IMG/VR virus record: IMGVR_UViG_3300045988_103180
DNA from: a virus
DNA length: 64,000 bases
Direction: 5' to 3' (one strand)
Made by a program: the position numbers and the translations under genes. Positions within the stretch are counted from its first letter, which is position 1. Each line of letters opens with the position of its first letter. Below the pieces are notes generated by a model. The model was not told where the DNA came from and made no database searches. It saw nothing but the letters and a program-made list of their open reading frames with translations. Positions 13,358-22,364 of the stretch are shown in pieces.

Positions 13358-13750
13358 ATGAATACAGAAGTTATTAAAGAAATTGCAAATCAGCTTGGAA
13401 TCGCTGCAAGCGCTGTTACAAAAGACGTAATTCCAGCATATGCTTCATATGTGATTGCGGTATACGCTAGTAGGGTTATCATCCTTGCTATTCTTGCTAT
13501 TGCTCTTTTGGTTGTAGCTCGATTTTGTATGGCTAAAAGTAAGGAATATTCTGACTGGGAGAAATTACCGTTAACAGAGTATCAAAAAAGCTGTGTAAGG
13601 GATAAATATGAAGCTCTCGAAGTTACAAGTTACGTCTGCTATGGCCTAAGTGCAGTTTTCGTTGGTATTGCGGTTATAGCATTTGCCACCGTTATCCCTT
13701 GGATTTTCTCGCCTTATGGTGCCTTTATAAATCTCCTAATGCCGCATTAA
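13358..13750 (+). CDS. membrane protein (paralog B)
   Basis: N-terminus EVIKEIANQLGI.. and C-terminal SPYG.FIN shared with 12974..13339. Confidence 0.65.
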   Translation: MNTEVIKEIANQLGIAASAVTKDVIPAYASYVIAVYASRVIILAILAIALLVVARFCMAKSKEYSDWEKLPLTEYQKSCVRDKYEALEVTSYVCYGLSAVFVGIAVIAFATVIPWIFSPYGAFINLLMPH

Positions 13751-13757
13751 AAAGTTC

Positions 13758-13786
13758 TTGCGTTTCGTTATATATTATTATATAAT
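13758..13786 (+). promoter_or_regulatory. early-class promoter
   Basis: aaaagttcTTGCGT-17-TATAATata. Confidence 0.65.
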
Positions 13787-13816
13787 ATATATAGACCAAG
13801 AGGGAAAGGAAATTAT

Positions 13817-13966
13817 ATGATTGGCTCTATGGTTCTTTATAAGGCTCTATACGGCGATGTATATGGCGTAGTTGTAGATATTCTTTTCTTCTGCGATAGT
13901 CTTGTTATTGTTGACGAAGATGGCGTATTTCATACTGCCAAGCGTGAAGATGTTTACTATCTCTAA
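13817..13966 (+). CDS. small protein (49 aa)
   Basis: Hand-translated MIGSMVLYKALYGDVYG...; promoter 13758..13786 and leader accaagagggaaagg. Confidence 0.45.
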   Translation: MIGSMVLYKALYGDVYGVVVDILFFCDSLVIVDEDGVFHTAKREDVYYL

Positions 13967-13975
13967 GGAGATTAT

Positions 13976-14194
13976 ATGTGCAAGTATTGTAATTTCAAAA
14001 TGAACACCCGCTGGGGCGAGAGCGTTGACTGTACTGATTATGATAATGCCGATTCTGATGTTGGTATGTATATTCATTATTCGGATACAGATAAAGCCTA
14101 CTATCTCATGGGTGAGTATTACGATAAAGGCATTGATAAGCTCGGTTGGTCGCATGAGATTCAGTATTGTCCTTTCTGTGGTCGCAAGCTCTAA
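13976..14194 (+). CDS. zinc-ribbon protein (MCKYC...CPFCGRKL)
   Basis: 72-aa ORF, AAGGAG SD; paralog of 18807..19019. Confidence 0.65.
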   Translation: MCKYCNFKMNTRWGESVDCTDYDNADSDVGMYIHYSDTDKAYYLMGEYYDKGIDKLGWSHEIQYCPFCGRKL

Positions 14195-14203
14195 GGAGAT
14201 TTA

Positions 14204-14530
14204 ATGAATTGCAACCTTATATCTAACATTTTGTCGGCTTTGGATACCATCGCATATAATGAGGGTTGGCTGATTGGTGAGTATAACGGCGAAACGCGCA
14301 GCACTTTTTACTATCGTGGTATCAAGTTCACAGTGGTAGGTCGTAAACAAGTACCTGTCTATTTCGATATTTATTGTGAATATCAAAATGGAAAGGATGT
14401 GACCTATAGCAAGATTGGCCGCACATATCTAGGTGAGAAGGGCGTGATGGGAGAAAGTCCAGTGCAGAACTTCGCAGTTATGCTCTTCTGTGATATGGTA
14501 AAGGAATCAAAAATCCTTACTATTTTCTAG
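14204..14530 (+). CDS. hypothetical protein
   Basis: 108-aa ORF, AAGGAG SD. Confidence 0.65.
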   Translation: MNCNLISNILSALDTIAYNEGWLIGEYNGETRSTFYYRGIKFTVVGRKQVPVYFDIYCEYQNGKDVTYSKIGRTYLGEKGVMGESPVQNFAVMLFCDMVKESKILTIF

Positions 14531-14559
14531 TTGACCTACGTTCTTTGATATTATATAAT
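14531..14559 (+). promoter_or_regulatory. early-class promoter
   Basis: TTGACC-17-TATAATatt. Confidence 0.65.
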
Positions 14560-14593
14560 ATTATTAAAGAAAGCCAAGAGAAAGAAGAAAGAT

Positions 14594-14872
14594 ATGCGTT
14601 ACATTGTCGAATGTGAACTTAATCGTTTTCAAGCATGGTCTGGCGGCAAGACTTGGTTGGAAGAGTTGATTAACCATCCAAAGGCTTACGATTATATCGT
14701 TGACCTGATTGAACTCAAAGATTTGTGTTATGACGGCGAGCTTAGTACTGAGACTGAAATTAACGATTACCTTTGGTTCTATATGCAGCAAGATTTGCGG
14801 GAAGCAGGCTTTCTGAATGAGAACGATGAATGGATTGAGAACACGGACGAGGAAGAGGACAAAGATGCTTAA
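14594..14872 (+). CDS. hypothetical acidic protein
   Basis: 92-aa ORF behind promoter 14531..14559 and conserved leader. Confidence 0.7.
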   Translation: MRYIVECELNRFQAWSGGKTWLEELINHPKAYDYIVDLIELKDLCYDGELSTETEINDYLWFYMQQDLREAGFLNENDEWIENTDEEEDKDA

Positions 14873-15026
14873 GCTGTCTGTTGGAGATTATGTCACCTAT
14901 ACTGCTCCCGCTGGTATTGTAAGTGTCGTTAAGATTCTGCACTTCAATAGTAACGGAACAGTCCTTGTCAAGTATCTAAATGGCTCTACCGTTTACGTAC
15001 CAGAGAACAAGTTGTCTCTATATTAA
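14865..15026 (+). CDS. small beta-rich protein (53 aa)
   Basis: ORF 14817..15026 trimmed to ATG 14865; terminator follows. Confidence 0.5.
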   Translation: MLKLSVGDYVTYTAPAGIVSVVKILHFNSNGTVLVKYLNGSTVYVPENKLSLY

Positions 15027-15032
15027 TTGTAA

Positions 15033-15060
15033 ACAGGGGCGCAAGCCCCTGTTTTTGTTT
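15033..15060 (+). terminator. rho-independent terminator
   Basis: ACAGGGGC-GCAA-GCCCCTGT + T-run. Confidence 0.8.
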
Positions 15061-15078
15061 TCCAAGAGAGGAAAGAAA

Positions 15079-15414
15079 ATGAAGAGCGCCAAGGTTTTGT
15101 TTGATACCATTTATGGCAAATGTAGCAATGGCGATATGTATAGTTGGAAAGCATGTAAGCCCAAAGAGCATGATAATGTGGTATCATTTGATGTACGGCA
15201 AAAGGTAGACAATCAGCTTCTTTGCTCTTGCGCCATAAGTTGTTTTGAAGAGTATACATATTATAGTCATGATTATCCTATTGGTCGTGTACACTTCTTG
15301 TTTTATGATGGCTGTGATGCATTAGAGCTAAATGTGTCAGATTATAAATGTGAAGTGGGCAGTATCTATATGAATGATATTATCGACATGGCAATTAAGA
15401 TGCTTTACCGATAA
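15079..15414 (+). CDS. hypothetical protein
   Basis: ORF trimmed to ATG 15079 behind leader tccaagagaggaaag. Confidence 0.6.
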   Translation: MKSAKVLFDTIYGKCSNGDMYSWKACKPKEHDNVVSFDVRQKVDNQLLCSCAISCFEEYTYYSHDYPIGRVHFLFYDGCDALELNVSDYKCEVGSIYMNDIIDMAIKMLYR

Positions 15415-15422
15415 TTTTATAC

Positions 15423-15451
15423 TTGCGGCCAGTCTTATATTATTATATAAT
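15423..15451 (+). promoter_or_regulatory. early-class promoter
   Basis: TTGCGG-17-TATAATata. Confidence 0.6.
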
Positions 15452-15483
15452 ATATATAAAGAAAGACAATGAAGGGATAAAAC

Positions 15484-15792
15484 ATGACCCAGAGCAGCAA
15501 GAAGTTTAAGCAGATTATCAACCGGGCTTTCGCTAACGTCAACCATGTAATGCAGATGTGCCACAAAGATGTGGCAATCGCAAGCATGGACGAGCAGACT
15601 TATACTTATTCTTTTGGCGATAAGCATGTGACCGTCACAGCTTGTGTTGCCTGCGATGATTTTGAGTATGTACCGCGATTTACTGTTGCAAAACTCGGCA
15701 GTGATTATGTTAAGGATATAAACGTATATAGTGCGAATTATATGGAAGGTGCGTGTATTTACGCCACTATTTGTGATATGTTTGGAGTGTAA
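15484..15792 (+). CDS. hypothetical protein
   Basis: 102-aa ORF behind promoter 15423..15451. Confidence 0.65.
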   Translation: MTQSSKKFKQIINRAFANVNHVMQMCHKDVAIASMDEQTYTYSFGDKHVTVTACVACDDFEYVPRFTVAKLGSDYVKDINVYSANYMEGACIYATICDMFGV

Positions 15793-15793
15793 G

Positions 15794-16132
15794 ATGAACA
15801 AGTTTATGAATCAGCTTATCCACGATTTTATGTATAAGAATGTTGCCAAGTATTCTTGGCATATCCTTAATATCGTCAAGAAGCAAGAAGATAATCTATA
15901 TGTCCGTGTAGCTTCTGGCCTTTCATATAAGACTGCTGGTTGTAACATTCATATCTATCCTAATGGTGGTAGCTTGGACGATAGCGATTCTGCTGCTTAT
16001 AATTTTGTACTATGTTTTCAAGACGGTGAAGGAGATAGTGCAGGAACTTGTGTAGGAGTTCTAGAAAAAGTAGCGGATGCCGCGCATGTTCTTGACTGTC
16101 TATTGGCCGCGAACGATTTTGATAAGGATTAG
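15794..16132 (+). CDS. hypothetical protein
   Basis: ORF 15731..16132 trimmed to ATG 15794 right after upstream stop. Confidence 0.6.
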   Translation: MNKFMNQLIHDFMYKNVAKYSWHILNIVKKQEDNLYVRVASGLSYKTAGCNIHIYPNGGSLDDSDSAAYNFVLCFQDGEGDSAGTCVGVLEKVADAAHVLDCLLAANDFDKD

Positions 16133-16134
16133 CA

Positions 16135-16542
16135 ATGAGTTATTATCTGACCGATGAAATTGTCAAGAGTTTGACTGAATATGCTGCTAAGATTGAACAG
16201 GCATATCACGAACGTCCTCTTTGTCATTTTGATTGGAAGCCCGCACGTATTTCTGTAGACAAAGTTAATCCAAGCAAGGTACTTTTCGATATGGTCTGGC
16301 TTGATGATGAATCGCTTAAAGGATGTGTATCTGTTGATGACTTGGTGCTTTGTACTGGTTCTAATTTAGATATGCAACATAAGTTAGTTTTTTCTATTTG
16401 GGAGCATGATAACCATCGTATTAACGGTGATTCAACGGCTAAATTTGTTATTCCGTATCATGGCGGCAATGACTGGGACTCTATTGGTCAATATGTCTAT
16501 GGTTTTGTAGATGAAGTTGATACTTTAATGTGTTGTTATTAG
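16135..16542 (+). CDS. hypothetical protein
   Basis: 135-aa ORF, tight operon spacing. Confidence 0.65.
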   Translation: MSYYLTDEIVKSLTEYAAKIEQAYHERPLCHFDWKPARISVDKVNPSKVLFDMVWLDDESLKGCVSVDDLVLCTGSNLDMQHKLVFSIWEHDNHRINGDSTAKFVIPYHGGNDWDSIGQYVYGFVDEVDTLMCCY

Positions 16543-16549
16543 GAGAGCT

Positions 16550-16933
16550 ATGAATGATTCAAATGCTTTAAATATTCTAGAGAAAATCTACAATGCTATT
16601 AAAAAACATAGTCTTGATAGGACTCAATGTTGGACGGTTGGTCATGTAAAGTTTTACAAAAATCGTCTTATTTCGTATTGTACTTTTGATATTCTTGCCA
16701 GCTATAACCAAGAATCTTTTGGTCAGTGTAGCATCACTCTAGTCAATACAGAAACTTCTTTTGATTGTTTGACTGTTTCATTTAAGGCATATAAGGAAAG
16801 TGTCTATGGAGCTGGCAACGTGTATCCTAAAGTTACTTTGCCACTAAGTCGATATGAAGTCACTGACGATGTTTTGGGACGTTATTTTTATCGTTTGATA
16901 CATAATTTATATGCTTTGGCTGTTTTTTATTAG
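16550..16933 (+). CDS. hypothetical protein (paralog pair member 1)
   Basis: AGGAG SD; shares NI.EKIYNA.K...CW.VG..KFYK and LG.YFY.L with 16944..17309. Confidence 0.65.
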   Translation: MNDSNALNILEKIYNAIKKHSLDRTQCWTVGHVKFYKNRLISYCTFDILASYNQESFGQCSITLVNTETSFDCLTVSFKAYKESVYGAGNVYPKVTLPLSRYEVTDDVLGRYFYRLIHNLYALAVFY

Positions 16934-16943
16934 GAGAAAAAGC

Positions 16944-17309
16944 GTGAATATTTTTAAAGAAATCTACAATGCCTTAAAAGTCTATTGTTTTAATACAAAC
17001 AGCGCGTGTTGGGAAGTTGGCGTTATTAAGTTTTATAAAGATGAAGCTGATAATTTTGATACGTCCTGCTCTTTTGAAATTATGTCTAAATATGACAAAG
17101 AACCATTGGGATATTGTAGTATTTTTTTGACTACAAAACCAATGGAAGGCAGCCTTGTTGTTGTATTTAATACTTATAAAGTAAACACGAATGATGTTGT
17201 ATATCCAAGTATTACTTTGCCGCCAAGTCGTTGTGAGTATGATAATGATATACTTGGACATTATTTTTATCTTTTAGTTGACCAGCTATATCATATGACT
17301 GTTTTTTAA
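16944..17309 (+). CDS. hypothetical protein (paralog pair member 2)
   Basis: GTG start behind AGGAG; collinear similarity to 16550..16933. Confidence 0.55.
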   Translation: MNIFKEIYNALKVYCFNTNSACWEVGVIKFYKDEADNFDTSCSFEIMSKYDKEPLGYCSIFLTTKPMEGSLVVVFNTYKVNTNDVVYPSITLPPSRCEYDNDILGHYFYLLVDQLYHMTVF

Positions 17310-17330
17310 ACCGCACGCTTAAAATTTTTC

Positions 17331-17359
17331 TTGCAGATGGTGAAATAATAGTATATAAT
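17331..17359 (+). promoter_or_regulatory. early-class promoter
   Basis: tttttcTTGCAG-17-TATAATata. Confidence 0.65.
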
Positions 17360-17389
17360 ATAAGTATACCAAGAGGGAAAGGAAAGTAT

Positions 17390-17548
17390 ATGAAGCGCAA
17401 TGATTACGTACAATATCTTAACCCCTATACTCGCAAGTTCATTATCTGCCAGATTGAAGAGATTTATGGCGATGGTCATGTTCTTCTATATGCGGTTGAT
17501 ACGAACGAAGCGTTTCTGGTCAACACTTGGGAACTTTTGTCTTATTAA
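17390..17548 (+). CDS. small protein (52 aa)
   Basis: Hand-translated MKRNDYVQYLNPYTRKF...; promoter 17331..17359 plus conserved leader. Confidence 0.5.
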   Translation: MKRNDYVQYLNPYTRKFIICQIEEIYGDGHVLLYAVDTNEAFLVNTWELLSY

Positions 17549-17558
17549 GGAATATTTT

Positions 17559-17816
17559 ATGATTTCACCCTATGAAGTTAAAGATAGACAGCATAATCAA
17601 AGTTATAATGACCCCTTTGAGCTTAAAATTGATAAAGGACTAACATATAGCTCTGGGACCGATTCTTGTAGTGTAAGTTTTGTCTTTTCAGAAGTTTCTG
17701 CTGACAAGATGAAAACTTTAACAAAATATATAGACAATGGTTATAAAGTTACTATGAAGCCGCGTTTTTATAATGGCGAAACAAAAATCTATATTACTAT
17801 TGTTTATAAGTTTTAA
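17559..17816 (+). CDS. hypothetical protein (triplet paralog 1)
   Basis: ORF trimmed to ATG 17559; N-terminus MISPYEVK.. resembles the next two genes. Confidence 0.6.
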   Translation: MISPYEVKDRQHNQSYNDPFELKIDKGLTYSSGTDSCSVSFVFSEVSADKMKTLTKYIDNGYKVTMKPRFYNGETKIYITIVYKF

Positions 17817-17845
17817 CAAATAATTTTTCTATTAAGGAGTCAACA

Positions 17846-18127
17846 ATGATTACACCAAACGAAGTAAAAAGAAAGTCTATTCAAAACTCCGACCCTGAGA
17901 ATTATTCTCATACTCTTGAAGTGAGGATTGATGACGCTCTTAGGTATGACCCATGCAAGAATCGTGTGCATTGTGACCTTGCTCTTAGTTGTCTTACCAC
18001 TTACAGCATTAATACTCTTTTTAAATATATTGACGCTGGATATGATGTTATGATTAGCAATGAATCTAATGAGAATAATGATATAACATTGACTATTTAT
18101 CACTATTTCAATAATAGGGATAATTAA
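17846..18127 (+). CDS. hypothetical protein (triplet paralog 2)
   Basis: AAGGAG SD; MITPNEVKRK.. and KYIDAGY shared motifs. Confidence 0.65.
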   Translation: MITPNEVKRKSIQNSDPENYSHTLEVRIDDALRYDPCKNRVHCDLALSCLTTYSINTLFKYIDAGYDVMISNESNENNDITLTIYHYFNNRDN

Positions 18128-18399
18128 TGATTCAGCCTTTGGAGTTTAAACGCGAGTATCTTCATAATAATCCGCACTCAGAGATAGATGTTGGTCTTGA
18201 AACCATGATTGATGCGGCTCTCAAATATGACCCTTTCAGCAATGTCACTTATTGTACTTTATTTCGTCCTGCCTTGAATGGTTGTGATATGAAAGTCCTT
18301 GCCAAGTATGCTGAAGCTGGATATAGCATTGCAATTCAAACTGCGCATCATTGTGATGATACCGATGATGTAGAAGTGACCGTTTGTTATTATTACTAG
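18127..18399 (+). CDS. hypothetical protein (triplet paralog 3)
   Basis: MIQPLEFKRE.., DAALKYDP and KYAEAGY shared with 17846..18127. Confidence 0.65.
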   Translation: MIQPLEFKREYLHNNPHSEIDVGLETMIDAALKYDPFSNVTYCTLFRPALNGCDMKVLAKYAEAGYSIAIQTAHHCDDTDDVEVTVCYYY

Positions 18400-18406
18400 A
18401 GGCAAT

Positions 18407-18730
18407 ATGAATATTTTGACCAATTGTGAAACCAATGTCTTTTTTAAATTTTTCCTTAAAAAGACAATTTTTATGCCGTCGACTCAGTTTCAGTGGTGTT
18501 CAGTCTACGAAGGTTGCGACAAACGCACTGTCAAAGACATTAATAAAGCGATTGATTTATTAAATAAATATCATTTTTTCGCATATTGTCGCATTAGGCC
18601 CACAAGACCCTTTTGGGAACGTTGTAGTGTTATGGTCGTTGTGTGCGTTCCAGCAGACCGTGCAAAGTGGTGGCAAGATTGCGGTCAAGTACTTTATCAA
18701 CGGTTATTCTATCCTATTATTCGTCATTAG
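18407..18730 (+). CDS. hypothetical protein
   Basis: 107-aa ORF; weak SD (gagg); start uncertain. Confidence 0.5.
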   Translation: MNILTNCETNVFFKFFLKKTIFMPSTQFQWCSVYEGCDKRTVKDINKAIDLLNKYHFFAYCRIRPTRPFWERCSVMVVVCVPADRAKWWQDCGQVLYQRLFYPIIRH

Positions 18731-18743
18731 TCTAAAAAAGTTC

Positions 18744-18772
18744 TTGCATCTTGCCTGAAATTGTTATATAAT
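18744..18772 (+). promoter_or_regulatory. early-class promoter
   Basis: aaaaagttcTTGCAT-17-TATAATata. Confidence 0.65.
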
Positions 18773-18806
18773 ATAATTAAAGAAACCAAGAGAAAGAAGT
18801 TCTTCT

Positions 18807-19019
18807 ATGTGCAAGTATTGTGAGTACCCTGCCGGTGTTCGATTTGGCGCAAACATGCTTGATGATGAATATTCTGAGGGCGAGGGCTATTCTATCACCA
18901 TTTGCGATGTTTACAAAAATCCGCAACGCAAATTCATTTGCATTGAGGACGAAGATGGCGAATCGGCTGCTAGCTCGATTGATATTAACTTTTGCCCCAT
19001 CTGCGGTAGAAAACTGTAA
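18807..19019 (+). CDS. zinc-ribbon protein (MCKYC...CPICGRKL)
   Basis: Promoter 18744..18772 and conserved leader; paralog of 13976..14194. Confidence 0.65.
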   Translation: MCKYCEYPAGVRFGANMLDDEYSEGEGYSITICDVYKNPQRKFICIEDEDGESAASSIDINFCPICGRKL

Positions 19020-19045
19020 CAGACCAATAGAGTAGAAAAAAATAC

Positions 19046-19074
19046 TTGCAGTTCATCTTTCATTATTATATAAT
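19046..19074 (+). promoter_or_regulatory. early-class promoter
   Basis: TTGCAG-17-TATAATata. Confidence 0.65.
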
Positions 19075-19115
19075 ATAATTAAAGAAAAGCAAGAGGAAAA
19101 GAAAGGTTTTCCAAT

Positions 19116-19316
19116 ATGGCTAAGTACATGAAGGCTAACATCATCTTCAACAAGTTCTACGAGGGCGATGGTCGTTTCTGCGGCATCGAGTATACTGAGT
19201 GCATGTTCAAGAGTCTTGAGCAGCTTAACCGTATCATGGCCGAGGTTGCCGCTAAGAACCTTCGTGAGCACCATCTTGTCTATGAGGGCTATGTCGGCAG
19301 CATTGAAAACCTTTAA
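19116..19316 (+). CDS. hypothetical protein
   Basis: 66-aa ORF behind promoter 19046..19074; C-ending codons unlike neighbours. Confidence 0.65.
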   Translation: MAKYMKANIIFNKFYEGDGRFCGIEYTECMFKSLEQLNRIMAEVAAKNLREHHLVYEGYVGSIENL

Positions 19317-19350
19317 TCTGATATATTAGTTATCCAAGAGAGGAATTAGA

Positions 19351-19773
19351 ATGGGCTTGATTTATCTTTCTTTCAAGAATATGGTCGAGGATGATGCAAA
19401 AAACTTTATTGTTGCCAACTTCGAAGACGGCACTTATGATGGTGATACGGACTGGAGCGAAGTCTTTGATGATATGTATGATTCTGATGATGTAACCGGC
19501 AATGCTTCGCTTGCTGGGCATCCTGATTGTTTCCTCGTGTCGTATGCGCCCGACTATGAGAAGATTGCGTTTATGTTCGCCGATGAAGATATTCGTGAGA
19601 CACTTGAGGATACGTATGGTGACGAGGTGCCTTGGTATGAGTTCGTTGGGCATGGTCAGGATGGTATCACTAAGTTTGATACATGGATTCGTATCGCAAT
19701 GCTGTGTGAGCTGAACGATGACCTTTATAAGTATTTTGAGCAGGTCCAGAAGAACTTTGGCAAGGAGAACTAG
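19351..19773 (+). CDS. hypothetical acidic protein
   Basis: 140-aa ORF; leader tccaagagagg. Confidence 0.65.
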   Translation: MGLIYLSFKNMVEDDAKNFIVANFEDGTYDGDTDWSEVFDDMYDSDDVTGNASLAGHPDCFLVSYAPDYEKIAFMFADEDIRETLEDTYGDEVPWYEFVGHGQDGITKFDTWIRIAMLCELNDDLYKYFEQVQKNFGKEN

Positions 19774-19774
19774 T

Positions 19775-20440
19775 ATGCTTGGTATTGATAAAACTACGGT
19801 ATCTGATAGTGTGATGTACAAGGATGCTAGTATCCAACATCAAGTGTATAATGCAAATGAGATTGCACGTGCCGCACACTCACTTGCGGTTACGAATGCT
19901 AAGTTTCTGAGTAAATTTAACTATGGTACCGATGGTAATGACCGCATTGTTGATATGGAACTGTCTGACGATTTGCTTGAGAGCCTTTATGATGCGCTTG
20001 TGGATGGACATGAGAAACTAGTCCAAGAAAAGAAAAAGCGTGATGAAAAGGTTCGCCGCAAATTCAATGAGTCTCAGGTTAATCAGATTAAGCGCGTCAA
20101 ATACGATAATCCTTGGACTATCGTGTGGTGGCGTGACGGTCAGGTTACTCGCTCTAAGTGTGCGGAAAATGATGTGTGGAGCGAGTCCGTAGGCTTTAAT
20201 ACGTGTGTTTCCAAACATTATTTTCAGACTGCTGGCGCATATAACAAAGTTTTGAAAACATATTGTACCGATGTACACAACGATAAAGTCACCAGTTGGC
20301 AAGATGGTTACGATACTGGCTATGAAGATGGTCGTGAAGATGGCTACTATGAAGGTCATGAAGATGGTTACGATGAAGGTTTCGAGGACGGCCAAAACTA
20401 TGAGCGCCAAGAGCGAAAAGAAATGAATTTTGAAGACTAG
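19775..20440 (+). CDS. hypothetical protein with acidic DG(Y/F)(D/E)EG repeats at C-terminus
   Basis: ORF 19718..20440 trimmed to ATG 19775 behind AAGGAG; terminator follows. Confidence 0.65.
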   Translation: MLGIDKTTVSDSVMYKDASIQHQVYNANEIARAAHSLAVTNAKFLSKFNYGTDGNDRIVDMELSDDLLESLYDALVDGHEKLVQEKKKRDEKVRRKFNESQVNQIKRVKYDNPWTIVWWRDGQVTRSKCAENDVWSESVGFNTCVSKHYFQTAGAYNKVLKTYCTDVHNDKVTSWQDGYDTGYEDGREDGYYEGHEDGYDEGFEDGQNYERQERKEMNFED

Positions 20441-20451
20441 ATTGGCCGCGC

Positions 20452-20484
20452 AAGGAGAGTAGAGAAATCTATTCTCCTTTTTCT
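20452..20484 (+). terminator. rho-independent terminator
   Basis: AAGGAGA..TCTCCTT hairpin + T-run. Confidence 0.6.
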
Positions 20485-20496
20485 ATTGGAGGTTAT

Positions 20497-20658
20497 ATGG
20501 ATTATATCTATAAAGACATTTTAGATGCCCTTAATACCACTGATGATACAGATAGTATTGCTGATTACGTCAATAAAATTGAAAGCGGCAGTGGCGAAAC
20601 TTTCTATGATTGGCTCGACAATGTGATTGATGTATTGGACGATGAAGATTATGATTAA
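20497..20658 (+). CDS. small acidic protein (53 aa)
   Basis: Hand-translated MDYIYKDILDAL...; GGAGG SD. Confidence 0.5.
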   Translation: MDYIYKDILDALNTTDDTDSIADYVNKIESGSGETFYDWLDNVIDVLDDEDYD

Positions 20659-20773
20659 TGAAGTGTTAGGAGTTGTCTGTCTTGTTTGTGCAATCGTTGG
20701 AGTATGCGCTGTCCTGTCTTTTATATTCTCCTGCTGGGGACATGATAATGACATTGGCGACATTGATTGGTAG
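20651..20773 (+). CDS. small single-pass membrane protein (40 aa)
   Basis: Hand-translated MINEVLGVVCLVCAIVGVCAVLSF...; start overlaps upstream stop (ATGATTAA). Confidence 0.4.
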   Translation: MINEVLGVVCLVCAIVGVCAVLSFIFSCWGHDNDIGDIDW

Positions 20774-20906
20774 TTCTCCTATGAGCCTGTTTATTTTCAC
20801 TGTCCTATGTGTTATTGGCTTTATCGTTGGTATCTGTATGATTCTGTATGCGGCAAGGGAGACTGCGTTTCTTGTGCGTGAGGTAATCCAAGAGAAGAAA
20901 GAATAA
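20742..20906 (+). CDS. small membrane protein (54 aa)
   Basis: ORF 20673..20906 trimmed to ATG 20742; hydrophobic core FIFTVLCVIGFIVGICMILY. Confidence 0.4.
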   Translation: MIMTLATLIGSSPMSLFIFTVLCVIGFIVGICMILYAARETAFLVREVIQEKKE

Positions 20907-20930
20907 GTCATTAGCCGCATAAGTTTTTTC

Positions 20931-20959
20931 TTGTAGTCTGTCTAATAATGTTATATAAT
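20931..20959 (+). promoter_or_regulatory. early-class promoter
   Basis: tttttcTTGTAG-17-TATAATatt. Confidence 0.6.
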
Positions 20960-20991
20960 ATTATTAAAGAAAGGCAAGGAAAGGATTTCAA

Positions 20992-21282
20992 ATGACCAAT
21001 AAGTATGATAACTTTCGTCTTAATGTTATTCTTGACCGTATTAAGGATAAGAATATTCTTACAAAGACTGCTGATGTTATTTGTCGTATGCGTGAAAATG
21101 TAGATTGCCCTAATTTTTTCTACATTCCTGCTGACTGTGTGAGCGATATGGATTATGTGATTGCGGCCATCAATTATATTATCACATCTTTTGGCTATAA
21201 GGCACATTGGGATTGTCTTAGTTATGCCAAGGTTGGCGGCAAGTATTGTATTCATCTGTTTCTTGAGGAAATTGACCTATAA
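20992..21282 (+). CDS. hypothetical protein
   Basis: 96-aa ORF behind promoter 20931..20959. Confidence 0.65.
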   Translation: MTNKYDNFRLNVILDRIKDKNILTKTADVICRMRENVDCPNFFYIPADCVSDMDYVIAAINYIITSFGYKAHWDCLSYAKVGGKYCIHLFLEEIDL

Positions 21283-21289
21283 AAAGTTC

Positions 21290-21318
21290 TTGCTGGCTGC
21301 TCTATAATATTATATAAT
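21290..21318 (+). promoter_or_regulatory. early-class promoter
   Basis: aaaagttcTTGCTG-17-TATAATata. Confidence 0.6.
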
Positions 21319-21374
21319 ATATATAGAGAAAGGGAGAGGACAAGATAAAGTTTTCTAAGAGAAGGAGAAAGTAT

Positions 21375-21701
21375 ATGACTAAGGTTGAGACGATTCTTGC
21401 ACAGGTTGACGGTCTTCTGGATGCGGCATATGAGGTTGTCAATGGCCGCAAGCTCTGGAAGGAAGTTACTCCTTTGGTGAATATTGCTGCCGAGATGCTT
21501 CTTGAAGAGCGCAAGGACTATTATGCTGGTTGCGCCTATTGGGTTTCCTGCTATGGTACTGAAAAGGAAATGCTCGATGCTAAGAATACCCTTGAGGACC
21601 TTGGCCTGTGCGTCTGTGATTACTACTGGGATGATGCTGACGAGTATGATGCTGCTGGTGGTCATTTGAGCGTCTATTGGACTGTCAACGACTGGGACTA
21701 G
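21375..21701 (+). CDS. hypothetical acidic protein
   Basis: 108-aa ORF; promoter 21290..21318; GAAGGAG SD. Confidence 0.65.
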   Translation: MTKVETILAQVDGLLDAAYEVVNGRKLWKEVTPLVNIAAEMLLEERKDYYAGCAYWVSCYGTEKEMLDAKNTLEDLGLCVCDYYWDDADEYDAAGGHLSVYWTVNDWD

Positions 21702-21709
21702 GAGCGCAT

Positions 21710-22048
21710 ATGTTATTGAGCAATGAGAAGTATGCAAAGGAAAATGTTTATTGGACTTTGGACTTCGTGCTATCTGCGAATTATTATATTTATCAGTGTG
21801 CCGCAAAGCAAGTTGAAATTCTTGCGGCTAATAAGGATACATGCAATGATACTGAGTTGCCTACTATGTATGACCTGATTGATGATGCTTTGGCTACTGG
21901 TGCAGACGAAGAGGGCGAGTGTTATAATTGTTGGGGTGTGACTGACAACTATAATACTGATTTTGCTTTTGGTTGTATAATAGTTGAAGAAGATGGCAAG
22001 ACTATCCTTAATGGTATTGATTGGATTGATGGAATATCTGGTAGGTGA
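21710..22048 (+). CDS. hypothetical protein
   Basis: ORF 21677..22048 trimmed to ATG 21710 behind AGGAG. Confidence 0.6.
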   Translation: MLLSNEKYAKENVYWTLDFVLSANYYIYQCAAKQVEILAANKDTCNDTELPTMYDLIDDALATGADEEGECYNCWGVTDNYNTDFAFGCIIVEEDGKTILNGIDWIDGISGR

Positions 22049-22364
22049 TAATGTGTATCCGATATGGATAGATAGTAGAAGCAAAGACGATGGGCCAATG
22101 ATTGATTGGCAGTTTAAAATTATGGATTATGTGTATGACATGCTTGAAGGCCTGCCATATGGGACTGCTGCTATTATCAGCAAAGAAGAGCTTCACAAGC
22201 ATGTATGCCCTGAACGTGAAATCTGGTGTCCTTTTGGCAGTAGGCGCTTTTGGCCTATACCTGAGATGTTAGAGTTATGCGGCATAAAGGTCAATAGTAA
22301 TTGGAAGTCCACAATGGACACTTGGGGATATTTTGTAGCTATGAAAGGGCGTAGTGATGAATAA
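22029..22364 (+). CDS. hypothetical protein
   Basis: ORF 21984..22364 trimmed to ATG 22029; start uncertain. Confidence 0.5.
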   Translation: MEYLVGDNVYPIWIDSRSKDDGPMIDWQFKIMDYVYDMLEGLPYGTAAIISKEELHKHVCPEREIWCPFGSRRFWPIPEMLELCGIKVNSNWKSTMDTWGYFVAMKGRSDE

